64,000 bases of DNA, taken from IMG/VR virus record IMGVR_UViG_3300018876_000008, positions 64,001 to 128,000 of that record, one strand, 5' to 3'. Both the position numbers and the translations under genes were made by a program. The notes beneath the pieces are model-generated. The model searched no databases. It saw nothing but the letters and a program-made list of their open reading frames with translations, and was not told the DNA's origin. This DNA is from a virus. Below, one piece after another: positions 48,935-58,285 of the stretch (its first letter is position 1; each line of letters starts with the position of its first letter).

Positions 48935-49999
48935 ATGAGTTTAAATTTGAAAGAAGCTGCTGGAGTACCTAAAGGTATTGTTGATGCGGGTGAAAAACTA
49001 TATAATGATTTTAAACAAAAGGTAGTTCCTATGTTAAAGGATGGTCAAACTGAATATGAAGTTAATTTTAAACCATCAGAACCATACAAAATAGGTGATG
49101 AAGAAATTAGTGATGTTGAGATTAATTTAACCCTTAGACCTGATAGCGATAGTTATGGGGAAGCTAACATGCAAGTATTTAGAAAAAATACTTTGAAAAA
49201 AGTTGGTAATGAATATGTTCTAATGAAGGTTAATAAGAATGGTAAAGTTATATTAACTATTGATAAACCTGTACCTGAAGATTGGAATGTAAAAGATGTG
49301 ATAAATTCTATTAATAACTCAAAAGTTCAAACAGTTAGCGCCTTATCACACGAATTAAAACATGAGTATGACGATTTAAAAACACCTCATATGGGAGTTG
49401 AAAAAGTTTCAGAATATCAATCAAATACTGAAATGTTTAACTTTCCAATTGCGCCAATCCAAAGAATGTTTTTTGATTTATATTATTTAGATGAAATAGA
49501 AAATTCAGTTAGACCCACGGAACTTTATGCTAAATTAAAAACTTTAGGTATAGGTAAATCAGGATTTTTAGATTACTTGAAAAAAGAATATTTCATTATT
49601 ATGGAATCTATGAGATTTAGTGTTAATGAAATGATAAAGGAAATATATGGTAATATGAATTCAGTTGATGAGTTATTAAGTCAGGTAGATGGTTTAGGGG
49701 TACCTGTTTCTGAACTTAGTGACGATGAAAAAGTAAATTTAGTTTTGAGGATTGCTTATATATCTGCGTCTAATACTCGAAGACAGAATTATGGAGACTC
49801 ATTAGTTGACAATGATATTGAAACTGAAATAGGGTTTTTCGGAGACAAAGCCGTACAATTTGATAAGTATGAAAAAAGTTTTGGTAAGTACGAAGAAGAT
49901 ATTATGAAATTTTATCAAGACATCGAAAAATACTTAAAAAGAAGTTCCGCAAAAGTTATGAAGAAACTAGGGAAAGTTTATTCTCTACTCCCTGACTAA
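48935..49999 (+). CDS. Hypothetical protein with HExxH motif
   Basis: LSHELKHEYD; MSLNLKEA leader. Confidence 0.55.
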   Translation: MSLNLKEAAGVPKGIVDAGEKLYNDFKQKVVPMLKDGQTEYEVNFKPSEPYKIGDEEISDVEINLTLRPDSDSYGEANMQVFRKNTLKKVGNEYVLMKVNKNGKVILTIDKPVPEDWNVKDVINSINNSKVQTVSALSHELKHEYDDLKTPHMGVEKVSEYQSNTEMFNFPIAPIQRMFFDLYYLDEIENSVRPTELYAKLKTLGIGKSGFLDYLKKEYFIIMESMRFSVNEMIKEIYGNMNSVDELLSQVDGLGVPVSELSDDEKVNLVLRIAYISASNTRRQNYGDSLVDNDIETEIGFFGDKAVQFDKYEKSFGKYEEDIMKFYQDIEKYLKRSSAKVMKKLGKVYSLLPD

Positions 50000-50462
50000 A
50001 CCATTTAGGGGTTTTTCTATTTTTCCATTTAGAAAAATAAGCTTTATCTCCGAGATAATAGTTTCTATAAGATTCTACAACAGATTTAACCTTATATTGG
50101 TTTGGCATTGCTTTAGGTGGTTCAGTAAAACCTTTATCGGAAATGTTAGGTTTATTTACCACACACCATTCAATAACCTCCTGAGATTTGTGCTTACGAC
50201 CATAACGGTAAGTGTATTCATAACATAACTCTAATCCTAATTCGCACAACCACAGATAATTGGTGATACTTTCACGTGCCCAAATAGAACATGGATGATT
50301 CTTATGTGATAATTTATAAGGTATCTCATTACTGATTGATTCTGTCATGTGATGTACTCCGCAAAGTAGTTGGGCGGATTCAAGTATCATTTTAACTACA
50401 TGTTTGTCGTTGTGATATTCGGCACATTTCTTTACGTCTAAATCTAATACAAATATATTCAT
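49956..50462 (-). CDS. Pyrimidine-dimer DNA glycosylase (DenV-like)
   Basis: MNIFVLD...HNDKHVVKMILESAQLL...HKNHPCSIW. Confidence 0.8.
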   Translation of the reverse strand: MNIFVLDLDVKKCAEYHNDKHVVKMILESAQLLCGVHHMTESISNEIPYKLSHKNHPCSIWARESITNYLWLCELGLELCYEYTYRYGRKHKSQEVIEWCVVNKPNISDKGFTEPPKAMPNQYKVKSVVESYRNYYLGDKAYFSKWKNRKTPKWFSQGVENKLSLVSS

Positions 50463-50499
50463 AGTGTTTATTTATTAATACAAATATAATAAAAAATGT

Positions 50500-50733
50500 T
50501 TAATTAAAGCCTAACTCTATCGACCGAAATGCTATTTTTTCAGAAATTAAATTCCACCTCTCTATTTCATTTACATGTGTTGAGTTAAATAAATCTATAA
50601 CATCACTTGATAAGTCATCATTCATTACAAAGGCGTCCGCATGACCTAAATAAGTTTTTATCTCAGTTATCCCCCCTCTCCTGTATTTTTCAACTAATAC
50701 TTCTTCTGTAATCCATCTTTTATGAAATCCCAT
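50500..50733 (-). CDS. Hypothetical protein
   Basis: MGFHKRWI ORF. Confidence 0.55.
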   Translation of the reverse strand: MGFHKRWITEEVLVEKYRRGGITEIKTYLGHADAFVMNDDLSSDVIDLFNSTHVNEIERWNLISEKIAFRSIELGFN

Positions 50734-50746
50734 AATTTTTATTTTT

Positions 50747-51286
50747 TTATAATCCTAAACTAAATGTTAATATGTAGTCAATAGTACTATCATTGACTTT
50801 TAAAGTTCGGTAATCTATAGAGTGTTTATCTAAGATACCTTTAATTTTATTGTCGAACTCTAATGACTCTTTATAATCTTGAAATCTACCCTCATCTTGG
50901 AACACTTCAGGTCTATCTAAAAATATATTAATATTTTCGTATTGTTTAAAAATATTTAAAACCATATCGTCAAAAGTAGTATCGTATAATGCAGAGGGGT
51001 AACCATCTTCATAACCGTTTTTATAAGCTAACGACAATAGTAGTGGAGAGTCTAAAATAATATAATCTACTTTACCATAAGACCTTACTATACCACGATG
51101 TTGACTTGCAAAAATAAAAAGTTGGTCATTTATTTGTGACGAGTTTTCTTCCCAAGCTACTTGTTTAGGGAATTCGTATGGATTATCACAGCTAATATTT
51201 CTTTTTTTTAATTCGTAAAATAATCCTGAAGTGATTGTTGATTTTCCTGAACCTGGACCACCGAATAGATTTATTATTTTAGTCAT
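50747..51286 (-). CDS. NadR/AAA_28-like P-loop kinase
   Basis: INLFGGPGSGKST, DSPLLL, GRFQ. Confidence 0.75.
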   Translation of the reverse strand: MTKIINLFGGPGSGKSTITSGLFYELKKRNISCDNPYEFPKQVAWEENSSQINDQLFIFASQHRGIVRSYGKVDYIILDSPLLLSLAYKNGYEDGYPSALYDTTFDDMVLNIFKQYENINIFLDRPEVFQDEGRFQDYKESLEFDNKIKGILDKHSIDYRTLKVNDSTIDYILTFSLGL

Positions 51287-51292
51287 CTTTTA

Positions 51293-51499
51293 TTAAAATA
51301 TCTTGGTGAATAAATAAATAAGTCCCATTAAAAACATACCAACAAACCCAACAAATGCACCAATATAACTACTTCTCATCTGTAATTCAGTTTTACCTTG
51401 ATTATCAAAAACACGTTCATCTACCGATTCTTTAGGTAATGGTTGTTTATATCCGTACTCTTTAGTCTGTCTTAATTCATTTATGGTTCTTTTCTTCAT
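51293..51499 (-). CDS. Small membrane protein
   Basis: C-terminal TM. Confidence 0.5.
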   Translation of the reverse strand: MKKRTINELRQTKEYGYKQPLPKESVDERVFDNQGKTELQMRSSYIGAFVGFVGMFLMGLIYLFTKIF

Positions 51500-51504
51500 C
51501 TTTT

Positions 51505-52095
51505 TTATTTTTTTAAGTCTCGTTTAATATCTTTTTTTACTGTCTCTAAATACTTTTTACGTTTTTTGTCGCTCACAAATGGTACTGACCAAAATTGTTT
51601 AGTTTTTCTCCATCTTGATGGGCTCCAACCAAATACAAAAGTATAAACCCCCATTACTAATCTTAATTTAACTGAATTTAAATAAAGGGTAATTACGGGT
51701 AACATTGGAGCTCCATGAGTTATATAAGTCCTCACCTTTTTATCACTTAGAAATGGTTTAGGGTAAGCATACATACCAAATAGGGGTACAAATTTATATG
51801 CGAATCCAGGAGTGAAAACTTCATCAAAAAACGTTTCCATTTTAGGTACCATTCTAAACCACCAAACAGGTGAAATAAAATAGATATGTGTTGACCATGT
51901 AACTAATTCTTGATAATCTTTAATTAAATCCTCTCTGTTCCTATGTAGTTTATCTTCATAAACGTCAATAACTTCATAAGTTTCATTTTTAGAATCTAAT
52001 TCATTAATTATAGTCTTGAATATACCATTATAACAAAAGGATTTATGGTCAGGATGACCAACAACGACTAAATGTTTTTTATTTTTAGAGTTCAT
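51505..52095 (-). CDS. NAD(P)H dehydrogenase (flavodoxin-2 family)
   Basis: GHP...SF, SPVWW...P..FFDEVFTPGFAY, THGAP. Confidence 0.85.
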   Translation of the reverse strand: MNSKNKKHLVVVGHPDHKSFCYNGIFKTIINELDSKNETYEVIDVYEDKLHRNREDLIKDYQELVTWSTHIYFISPVWWFRMVPKMETFFDEVFTPGFAYKFVPLFGMYAYPKPFLSDKKVRTYITHGAPMLPVITLYLNSVKLRLVMGVYTFVFGWSPSRWRKTKQFWSVPFVSDKKRKKYLETVKKDIKRDLKK

Positions 52096-52118
52096 AATAC
52101 TTTAATATTAGTAAAATT

Positions 52119-52505
52119 TTAGTTTATATTCAACTTAGATTTAAAATATTTAACCATAATATGTCCACTCCTATAATTTGTAGCAAGCGGTACATCATGA
52201 ACATCACATAATCTCATTAACATTGAAATATCTACATCATGTGGGTGTTTATCTAAAGGGTCCCTGAAAAATATAACCCCATCAATCTCACCGCGAGTTA
52301 CCATAGCACCGATTTCCGCATCACCACCTAATGGTCCGCTATTTACCGCGTCAACTTTATCTATACCAGCATGTGTTATTTTTTTACCTGTAGTTCCTGT
52401 AGTTACTAAAGATACTTTATTATTATTAAAAAATTTTAAACGTTTCATTACAAACGCAACCATATCGGATTTTTTACCATCGTGGGCAATAAGTGCTAAT
52501 TTCAT
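52119..52505 (-). CDS. mgsA: Methylglyoxal synthase
   Basis: ALIAHDGKK, TTGTTG, SGPLGGD, FFRDPL..HPHDVD, LATN. Confidence 0.95.
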   Translation of the reverse strand: MKLALIAHDGKKSDMVAFVMKRLKFFNNNKVSLVTTGTTGKKITHAGIDKVDAVNSGPLGGDAEIGAMVTRGEIDGVIFFRDPLDKHPHDVDISMLMRLCDVHDVPLATNYRSGHIMVKYFKSKLNIN

Positions 52506-52567
52506 ACTTTAATTATTTTATACAAATATATTATAAAATATAATATTGATAAAATCAAAAAAATAAA

Positions 52568-52831
52568 TTACTTTAACACATCTACTTTAATAATAATTGA
52601 ATTAGTATCCTTTGGATTTTTTTCAATCCACCATACTCTATTTTGAATATCTACAAATTCTTCCCCGAACTTAACAGGTAAAACCCACTCTTTAACGGGA
52701 TACTCACCATTCCATTGGGTGTCAACTATAATTGGTACTCCCCACATACTTGGATTTTTAATTATTTTTGCGGGTGTTTGATTATAACATCCCGAAAATA
52801 GTATTGAACAAACTATTAATATTTTTTTCAT
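52568..52831 (-). CDS. Putative lipoprotein
   Basis: Lipobox FSGC. Confidence 0.5.
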   Translation of the reverse strand: MKKILIVCSILFSGCYNQTPAKIIKNPSMWGVPIIVDTQWNGEYPVKEWVLPVKFGEEFVDIQNRVWWIEKNPKDTNSIIIKVDVLK

Positions 52832-52856
52832 ATCATTTAATTTTTATATAATTTAT

Positions 52857-53747
52857 TTATCTAAATAATGTCACATGTCCGTGAGTTTTTATCCCATAAC
52901 CAGGACGAGTAGCCTCTAATTTCCAAGTATAAACACCATCGGGACAATAATAATCTCCACTATATGGTAAAAACCAACTCAATTCGGGAAGAGGTGCCCC
53001 CGTCCAATTAGCTAAAGGATAGTCAGTTCTCCATACTAAATTGCCCCATCTATCGTAAATTTTCATATCCCACGTTAACCAACAATCAGCTTCAGTTACT
53101 ACCCTAAATGATTCGTTTTTACCATCTCCGTTTGGTGTAAATGCGTTAGGAATATATAAGTCATCATCAACACATGGAACAACTGGTCCGTCATTGGATG
53201 AATTACAATCAGGGTTTGTTAGTGAGAAGGTAACTATGTTATTTAAGGGTTCCACATCAGGATAGTCAAAGTTTCCTAAACCACTATCACTTTCGTATGG
53301 CCAAGTATTACTATCGTTTATTTGAGTTATGGAAAGAATCCAACATTGTTCATCAAAGAATCCATCATTTATTGCCTCCTCCCAACAAAAGCTGGCGTCT
53401 GAACCGGTAACAAATGCGTCTACAATGTTAAAAGTAACTTCATCACCTGTTTGTAACCAAGGACCTGGTGAATTAATATTGACTAAAGGAAAACTTACAG
53501 GGTAGATTAAAAGTGCCCAACCATTATCATAAAAACACGGATATGGGTAGGTATCTAATTGTGGTTCTGTAGTTATACCTAATAAAAATTCACCGATTGA
53601 ATCAGAAGGTGAACCACAATTTACTCCTGAATTCACGTATAAAGTAATATCCATGGTTTGAGGGTCAAATGACACAATTTCCATATCACATTGACCTTTC
53701 ACTATGAATGAAATAAATAATAAAATTAATGTAAGTGGGTTTTTCAT
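52857..53747 (-). CDS. Secreted protein with T9SS type-B (gliding-motility-associated) C-terminal domain
   Basis: Signal peptide; YIPNAFTPNGDGKNESF...IYDRWG...GVY...GHVTLFR. Confidence 0.85.
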   Translation of the reverse strand: MKNPLTLILLFISFIVKGQCDMEIVSFDPQTMDITLYVNSGVNCGSPSDSIGEFLLGITTEPQLDTYPYPCFYDNGWALLIYPVSFPLVNINSPGPWLQTGDEVTFNIVDAFVTGSDASFCWEEAINDGFFDEQCWILSITQINDSNTWPYESDSGLGNFDYPDVEPLNNIVTFSLTNPDCNSSNDGPVVPCVDDDLYIPNAFTPNGDGKNESFRVVTEADCWLTWDMKIYDRWGNLVWRTDYPLANWTGAPLPELSWFLPYSGDYYCPDGVYTWKLEATRPGYGIKTHGHVTLFR

Positions 53748-55603
53748 CTGAATATAGTTATATGTCCCCTTTCTTCAATTATCAATGCACTATTTACTTT
53801 CTTACCTGTAACTACATAAACGTATAGCCCGTCAGAAACGTAATGATTTCCTCCATTCACACTTCCATCCCAATAAGGATAGTCGTCAAAATTATCACCA
53901 GTATTGTAATACACTTCATTTCCCCATCGGTTAAAAATTCTAAATTCAACGTTTTCCCAACAGTTTAAATCATAGATTAGTTTCCACACATCGTTAATTC
54001 CATCATTATTTGGTGTAAAAGTATTAGGAATATGGATAGTTGTCCAATCAGGACATATTAAACCTGGTGGGTCTTCATCACAAGGTAATCCCGTTTCACA
54101 GTCAATCCAAATTTCTTGTACAACATACTCGGTAACTGTGTCAGTTAGGTATATGTAATTATCAATAAAGACTGTATCTGTAAGATACTCTGTTATGTAA
54201 AGGGTGTCAGTTATGAATTCTGTTTCAGTTAAATAAATCGTATCTGTAACTACTTCTGTAATATACAGTGTGTCTATAATGTATTCTGTTTCTGTAATAT
54301 AGAGTGTATCTGTGACGTATTCTGTGATATATTCATAAACAGTATCTGTTACATACTCTGTTACATACTCAGTTATATATTCATAAACTGTATCCGTTAA
54401 GTAAATATAATTATCCACATACTCAATTAAAGTATCAGGTGGTGACTCAACATAAAGAGTGTCTATAATAGTATCAGTTATAAAGATAGAATCGATTTCA
54501 TAGATATAAGTTACCGTTTCAATTTCAATAGTATCTGGCTCACAAACCTCAGGACAGATTAAATCTTCTAATTCATCAGGATAGTAAACGGTAGTGTTAT
54601 TGTTACCCGTTACAATCTCATCATTAACATTATCAACAGTCATTGTAAAGAAACTACCTAATGCGTCATATTCAAAGAAAGGTGAGGTGAATTGTTGACC
54701 CTCACCTACAGGAATATCATACCCACCAAACATAGAATCATCAAAGCATTGATAGTAATCTTCATTCCATATCTCAATACAGTAATTTGTGATAGGTTCA
54801 TTACCGTAATTGTAAACGGTATAAGTTATTTGATATGAGGGAATATCACCAATACACCCTATTTCAAATTCTATATTATCAATAACAGCATCAGGGGCAT
54901 CGGGAGGACAATCAAAATCGGGAGAGGCTACTGCCGCACCGGGATTCTCATCTCTACATAGGTACCAAGAATTATTACAATTTTGGTCTTGATATGTATT
55001 TGGTGCGAAATCGGGATTAGTTGACGAACTTGCCCAACCTCCGTTTCCAACATACCAAGAAGAACCATAATTTACCTGCCACACAACAAATTCAATACAC
55101 TCATCTTCAGATAACCAATAATCTATTAAGTCATCACCACACTCGGCAAGTGGATATGGATATGTATCATAATCTCCAGGTGGGTTTAAAGGGATATTTA
55201 CAACATCTCCTGTTACTAAACCGTCTCCCATTATCTCTTCCTGAAAAGTAACAGACGCTGAAGGACTGTACCACCAACCCGGATGATTATTATCGGGATT
55301 CTGACCCAAGTAGTATCCATTAGCATCCCATCCTGGACTACATGGTGGTAATCCAAATGTTTCATTAAAATCTTCAATGACTTCATTATCGGGATTTATA
55401 GGTTCAGGAAGATGATAACCTATCTGTAATTGTGTAACTTTACCGTTTACACCACCAGGACCGTTTGATAAACATCCTAGTGAATTAATTACCTCAATGG
55501 TGACTTCGTATGTGTTAAGGTCAACAGCGGTAATTGCGACATCACATTGTCCTTGTATAAAAAAGGCATGTAGATATGCTATAAGAAATAATAGTCTTTT
55601 CAT
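53744..55603 (-). CDS. Secreted repeat protein with T9SS type-B C-terminal domain
   Basis: Signal peptide; TDTxYxTEY repeats; IPNTFTPNNDGIND...IFNRWG...GHITIFR. Confidence 0.85.
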   Translation of the reverse strand: MKRLLFLIAYLHAFFIQGQCDVAITAVDLNTYEVTIEVINSLGCLSNGPGGVNGKVTQLQIGYHLPEPINPDNEVIEDFNETFGLPPCSPGWDANGYYLGQNPDNNHPGWWYSPSASVTFQEEIMGDGLVTGDVVNIPLNPPGDYDTYPYPLAECGDDLIDYWLSEDECIEFVVWQVNYGSSWYVGNGGWASSSTNPDFAPNTYQDQNCNNSWYLCRDENPGAAVASPDFDCPPDAPDAVIDNIEFEIGCIGDIPSYQITYTVYNYGNEPITNYCIEIWNEDYYQCFDDSMFGGYDIPVGEGQQFTSPFFEYDALGSFFTMTVDNVNDEIVTGNNNTTVYYPDELEDLICPEVCEPDTIEIETVTYIYEIDSIFITDTIIDTLYVESPPDTLIEYVDNYIYLTDTVYEYITEYVTEYVTDTVYEYITEYVTDTLYITETEYIIDTLYITEVVTDTIYLTETEFITDTLYITEYLTDTVFIDNYIYLTDTVTEYVVQEIWIDCETGLPCDEDPPGLICPDWTTIHIPNTFTPNNDGINDVWKLIYDLNCWENVEFRIFNRWGNEVYYNTGDNFDDYPYWDGSVNGGNHYVSDGLYVYVVTGKKVNSALIIEERGHITIFR

Positions 55604-55755
55604 TAATGGAAAGTTTAGTTGTTTTATATAAGAATCGTATGTCTAATTTTTAATTTGTAGAAGATTATAATTAAAAAGTTAGACAAGTATAACAGTGTTT
55701 CCTATAAATATATAACTAAACTTGTTAATACTATACTTTTTTAACACTAAAAAAG

Positions 55756-56043
55756 TTAAATTGTTAACATAACTAGAGCTCTATCAAAATCTGCAAACTC
55801 TTTATAGGTTTTGGCTCTACGAACGGTATTAGGGTTTACACGAAGACGAACATGTGTAGGGTATTTTTTTTCAGACTCTTTCCTTTCTCTATTAACTTTA
55901 GAAATTGCCTCACGTTTAGTTTTTGCCCAAACATTATTACCCCCTGTGGTTGGTTGGAAGTCTTTATTTCCCGTTGTCCCTGCGGGTGCTTCCAACCAAC
56001 CAAACATATAAAGGTTCTCACCTTTTTGATTCTTGTATGCCAT
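55756..56043 (-). CDS. Hypothetical protein
   Basis: ORF with GGNNVWAKT. Confidence 0.55.
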   Translation of the reverse strand: MAYKNQKGENLYMFGWLEAPAGTTGNKDFQPTTGGNNVWAKTKREAISKVNRERKESEKKYPTHVRLRVNPNTVRRAKTYKEFADFDRALVMLTI

Positions 56044-56460
56044 ATTACTACTTAGTTTAAAATTGATTTACCCAATACCAAAGGAGATGCGTCAGGATGC
56101 GACGATACTAAAAAGCAATTATCTCTTTCAGTAATGTAAAGTGTTTTGTTTTTGAACATTTTGTAGTTGTTGTATGCGTACTCCTCAACTTTTGATTTCA
56201 CTTCCGGTGCGATTGTTTCTTCTTTACCCATGATTTTTAATTTTTAAATGTTTAACTGTTTTGATGATACAAATATAAGTAATAATTCTTTAAGTTTTAC
56301 TAAAAATATTATTTTTTTTTAAATTCCTATAACAACTTCTTTATTAATCCAACCTACACATAATTCTAAATCACCATTTAGAAATCTATCGTAAGTTATT
56401 TTGATATATGGTATAATATAAATTTGAGATACTATAGTTGATATTGATATTTTCATAATT

Positions 56461-56760
56461 TTAAAATAAAAGTGTTAAATAATAAGCTAATTTATATCCT
56501 ACAAACGCCCCTATTGCGGTTGGTACGGGAAATATGATAAATTTACCTAAACTTGTCACGTATTTAGGTCTATTAACTACTCTCCCTAAGAAAAAATAGT
56601 AAATCATATAACCTAATAGTACTAATATATCTACTCTTTCCGCAATAAAAACAACTAATATTGCCCCAAGTAGACCAAATATAAAGTTATCCAAAACAGC
56701 AGTTGTTAATTCGATTGTTGGTGTTTCTCGATACTCTTCTTGTATTTTTTTAAGACTCAT
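56461..56760 (-). CDS. Membrane protein
   Basis: Three hydrophobic helices. Confidence 0.6.
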   Translation of the reverse strand: MSLKKIQEEYRETPTIELTTAVLDNFIFGLLGAILVVFIAERVDILVLLGYMIYYFFLGRVVNRPKYVTSLGKFIIFPVPTAIGAFVGYKLAYYLTLLF

Positions 56761-56775
56761 TATAAATAAATTTTG

Positions 56776-56849
56776 AGCTTCCTGAGGGACTCGAACCCAC
56801 GACCTGCTGATTACAAATCAGCTGCTCTAGCCAACTGAGCTAAGGAAGC
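56776..56849 (-). tRNA. tRNA-Thr(UGU)
   Basis: Cloverleaf; anticodon loop TTTGTAA. Confidence 0.95.
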
Positions 56850-56852
56850 TTT

Positions 56853-57068
56853 TTATACTAATTTCCATTTTTTGGCAGATTTGACTATCGCCTCTTCATT
56901 TGTTAAATTTGGTTCCTCTCTAATTATATCCATTGCAGTATACATTATTTGACCCTTTAATCCTTTTTTACTTGCTAAGTCTAAAACGTCAACATAATAA
57001 TTAGGGTCAAATTTTGGTAGTGTACCGTCTTCTTCCATGTCTGCAATTTTACTAAGTATATTACCCAT
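56853..57068 (-). CDS. Hypothetical protein
   Basis: Start at MGNILSK after TATATTTG promoter. Confidence 0.55.
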   Translation of the reverse strand: MGNILSKIADMEEDGTLPKFDPNYYVDVLDLASKKGLKGQIMYTAMDIIREEPNLTNEEAIVKSAKKWKLV

Positions 57069-57199
57069 AAATGTTTTTTTTATTAGAGTACAAATATATG
57101 ATAAATGCATGAAAAAACCAACATTAAGTATAAAAAAGTTACCTAATGATGGTTTTTTACTGCATAATTAAAAAAGTGAATTCTTTAACGGTTTATTGA

Positions 57200-57535
57200 T
57201 TATCCGTTAATGACGGAATTATTGTTTTCATCTAATTGTCTATAAATTTCTGATACGTGTTCGCTCATAATATTTATAGTTTTATCAACTCTACTGTCAA
57301 TATGACTATAAAGTCTCTCATTCTCTTCTTTACAATTACGGTCAATGTTATTCCCAAAATCATAAAGTTCAGAACTTCTTTTCTCCAAATCCATATGGGT
57401 ATATTCCAATTCTTTTTGGAGTAGGTTTATTTCCTCTTTCAAGGACTTTGTTGTCAAATAATTCACAAACGTACCCACAACCATTAATAATACAATGACT
57501 GCACATACACCTAAAATAAATGATGTTATTTCCAT
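57200..57535 (-). CDS. TM + coiled-coil protein
   Basis: N-terminal TM; IDSRVDK. Confidence 0.6.
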   Translation of the reverse strand: MEITSFILGVCAVIVLLMVVGTFVNYLTTKSLKEEINLLQKELEYTHMDLEKRSSELYDFGNNIDRNCKEENERLYSHIDSRVDKTINIMSEHVSEIYRQLDENNNSVING

Positions 57536-57582
57536 AATTTCTAATTTTTAATTTAAATTTTATGTCAAAGAACTCACCTCGT

Positions 57583-57663
57583 TGGAGAGGAGGGACTCGA
57601 ACCCCCAAGGTCGAAAGACGGCAGATTTACAGTCTGCTGAGCCAACCAATTGCTCAACTCTCC
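57583..57663 (-). tRNA. tRNA-Tyr(GUA)
   Basis: Anticodon loop CTGTAAA; long variable arm. Confidence 0.93.
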
Positions 57664-57824
57664 ATTTAATTATTTAAATTTTGATTTAATGAACAGGTAG
57701 AGACTTTCGAAGATATGATACAACAATAATCCAACCATCCACGATACTAAACCAAATACTAATGATGCAATAATAAATCTAAATATTTCCATGATTTTAT
57801 TTTTTTTATAGTTTAAGAGTTTAG

Positions 57825-57909
57825 CGGAAGATGTAGGATTCGAACCTACGGTACATTGCTGTACGCTGGTTTTCAAGACCAGTGCATTCGACCACTCTGC
57901 CAATCTTCC
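57825..57909 (-). tRNA. tRNA-Ser(UGA)
   Basis: Anticodon loop CTTGAAA; long variable arm; G73. Confidence 0.95.
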
Positions 57910-57914
57910 GTCTG

Positions 57915-57988
57915 TGGACCTTGTAGGGCTCGAACCTACGACCTACGCATTATGAGTGCGGTGCTCTAACCAACTGAGCTAAAAGTCC
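57915..57988 (-). tRNA. tRNA(CAU), probably Ile2 (lysidine) rather than Met
   Basis: Loop CTCATAA; body resembles bacterial Ile2 tRNAs; lacks initiator features. Confidence 0.85.
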
Positions 57989-58086
57989 GTTATTCAAAAA
58001 TATCTACTCCACTTAGACTCCGTCTTTCGACTTGTAGGCGTGAGATTTGACGCCTCGTTGTTCGGTTGTTAAACCTATCTAAGAGC

Positions 58087-58203
58087 GGGGGAGTAGGGGA
58101 TTCGAACCCCCACCTCTTCTCAACAAGCCTAATCGTATCTCGTAACTAGTATGATATTTTCGGCCTTATAGTTGGAGCGTCGTACCACTTTGACTAACTC
58201 CCC
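58087..58203 (-). ncRNA. tRNA-like RNA with greatly extended anticodon arm (117 nt)
   Basis: Acceptor GGGGAGT/ACTCCCC, D-loop with TGG, T-arm GGGGG-TTCGAAT-CCCCT, ~60 nt central arm. Confidence 0.75.
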
Positions 58204-58211
58204 GTATTTAG

Positions 58212-58285
58212 TACACCCATCAGGATTCGAACCTGAGACCGTCTGCTTAGAAGGCAGATGCTCTATCCAGCTGAGCTATGGGTGC
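58212..58285 (-). tRNA. tRNA-Arg(UCU)
   Basis: Anticodon loop CTTCTAA. Confidence 0.95.

Noticed and set aside
57369-57903. ORFs 57369..57608 and 57670..57903 as listed
   Set aside because: Their 5' parts are translations of tRNA-Tyr and tRNA-Ser; only a short TM peptide from about 57792 may be real.
58087-58203. tmRNA or tRNA-Sec
   Set aside because: Too short for tmRNA with no G3-U70 or tag frame; no UCA anticodon or extended acceptor stem.
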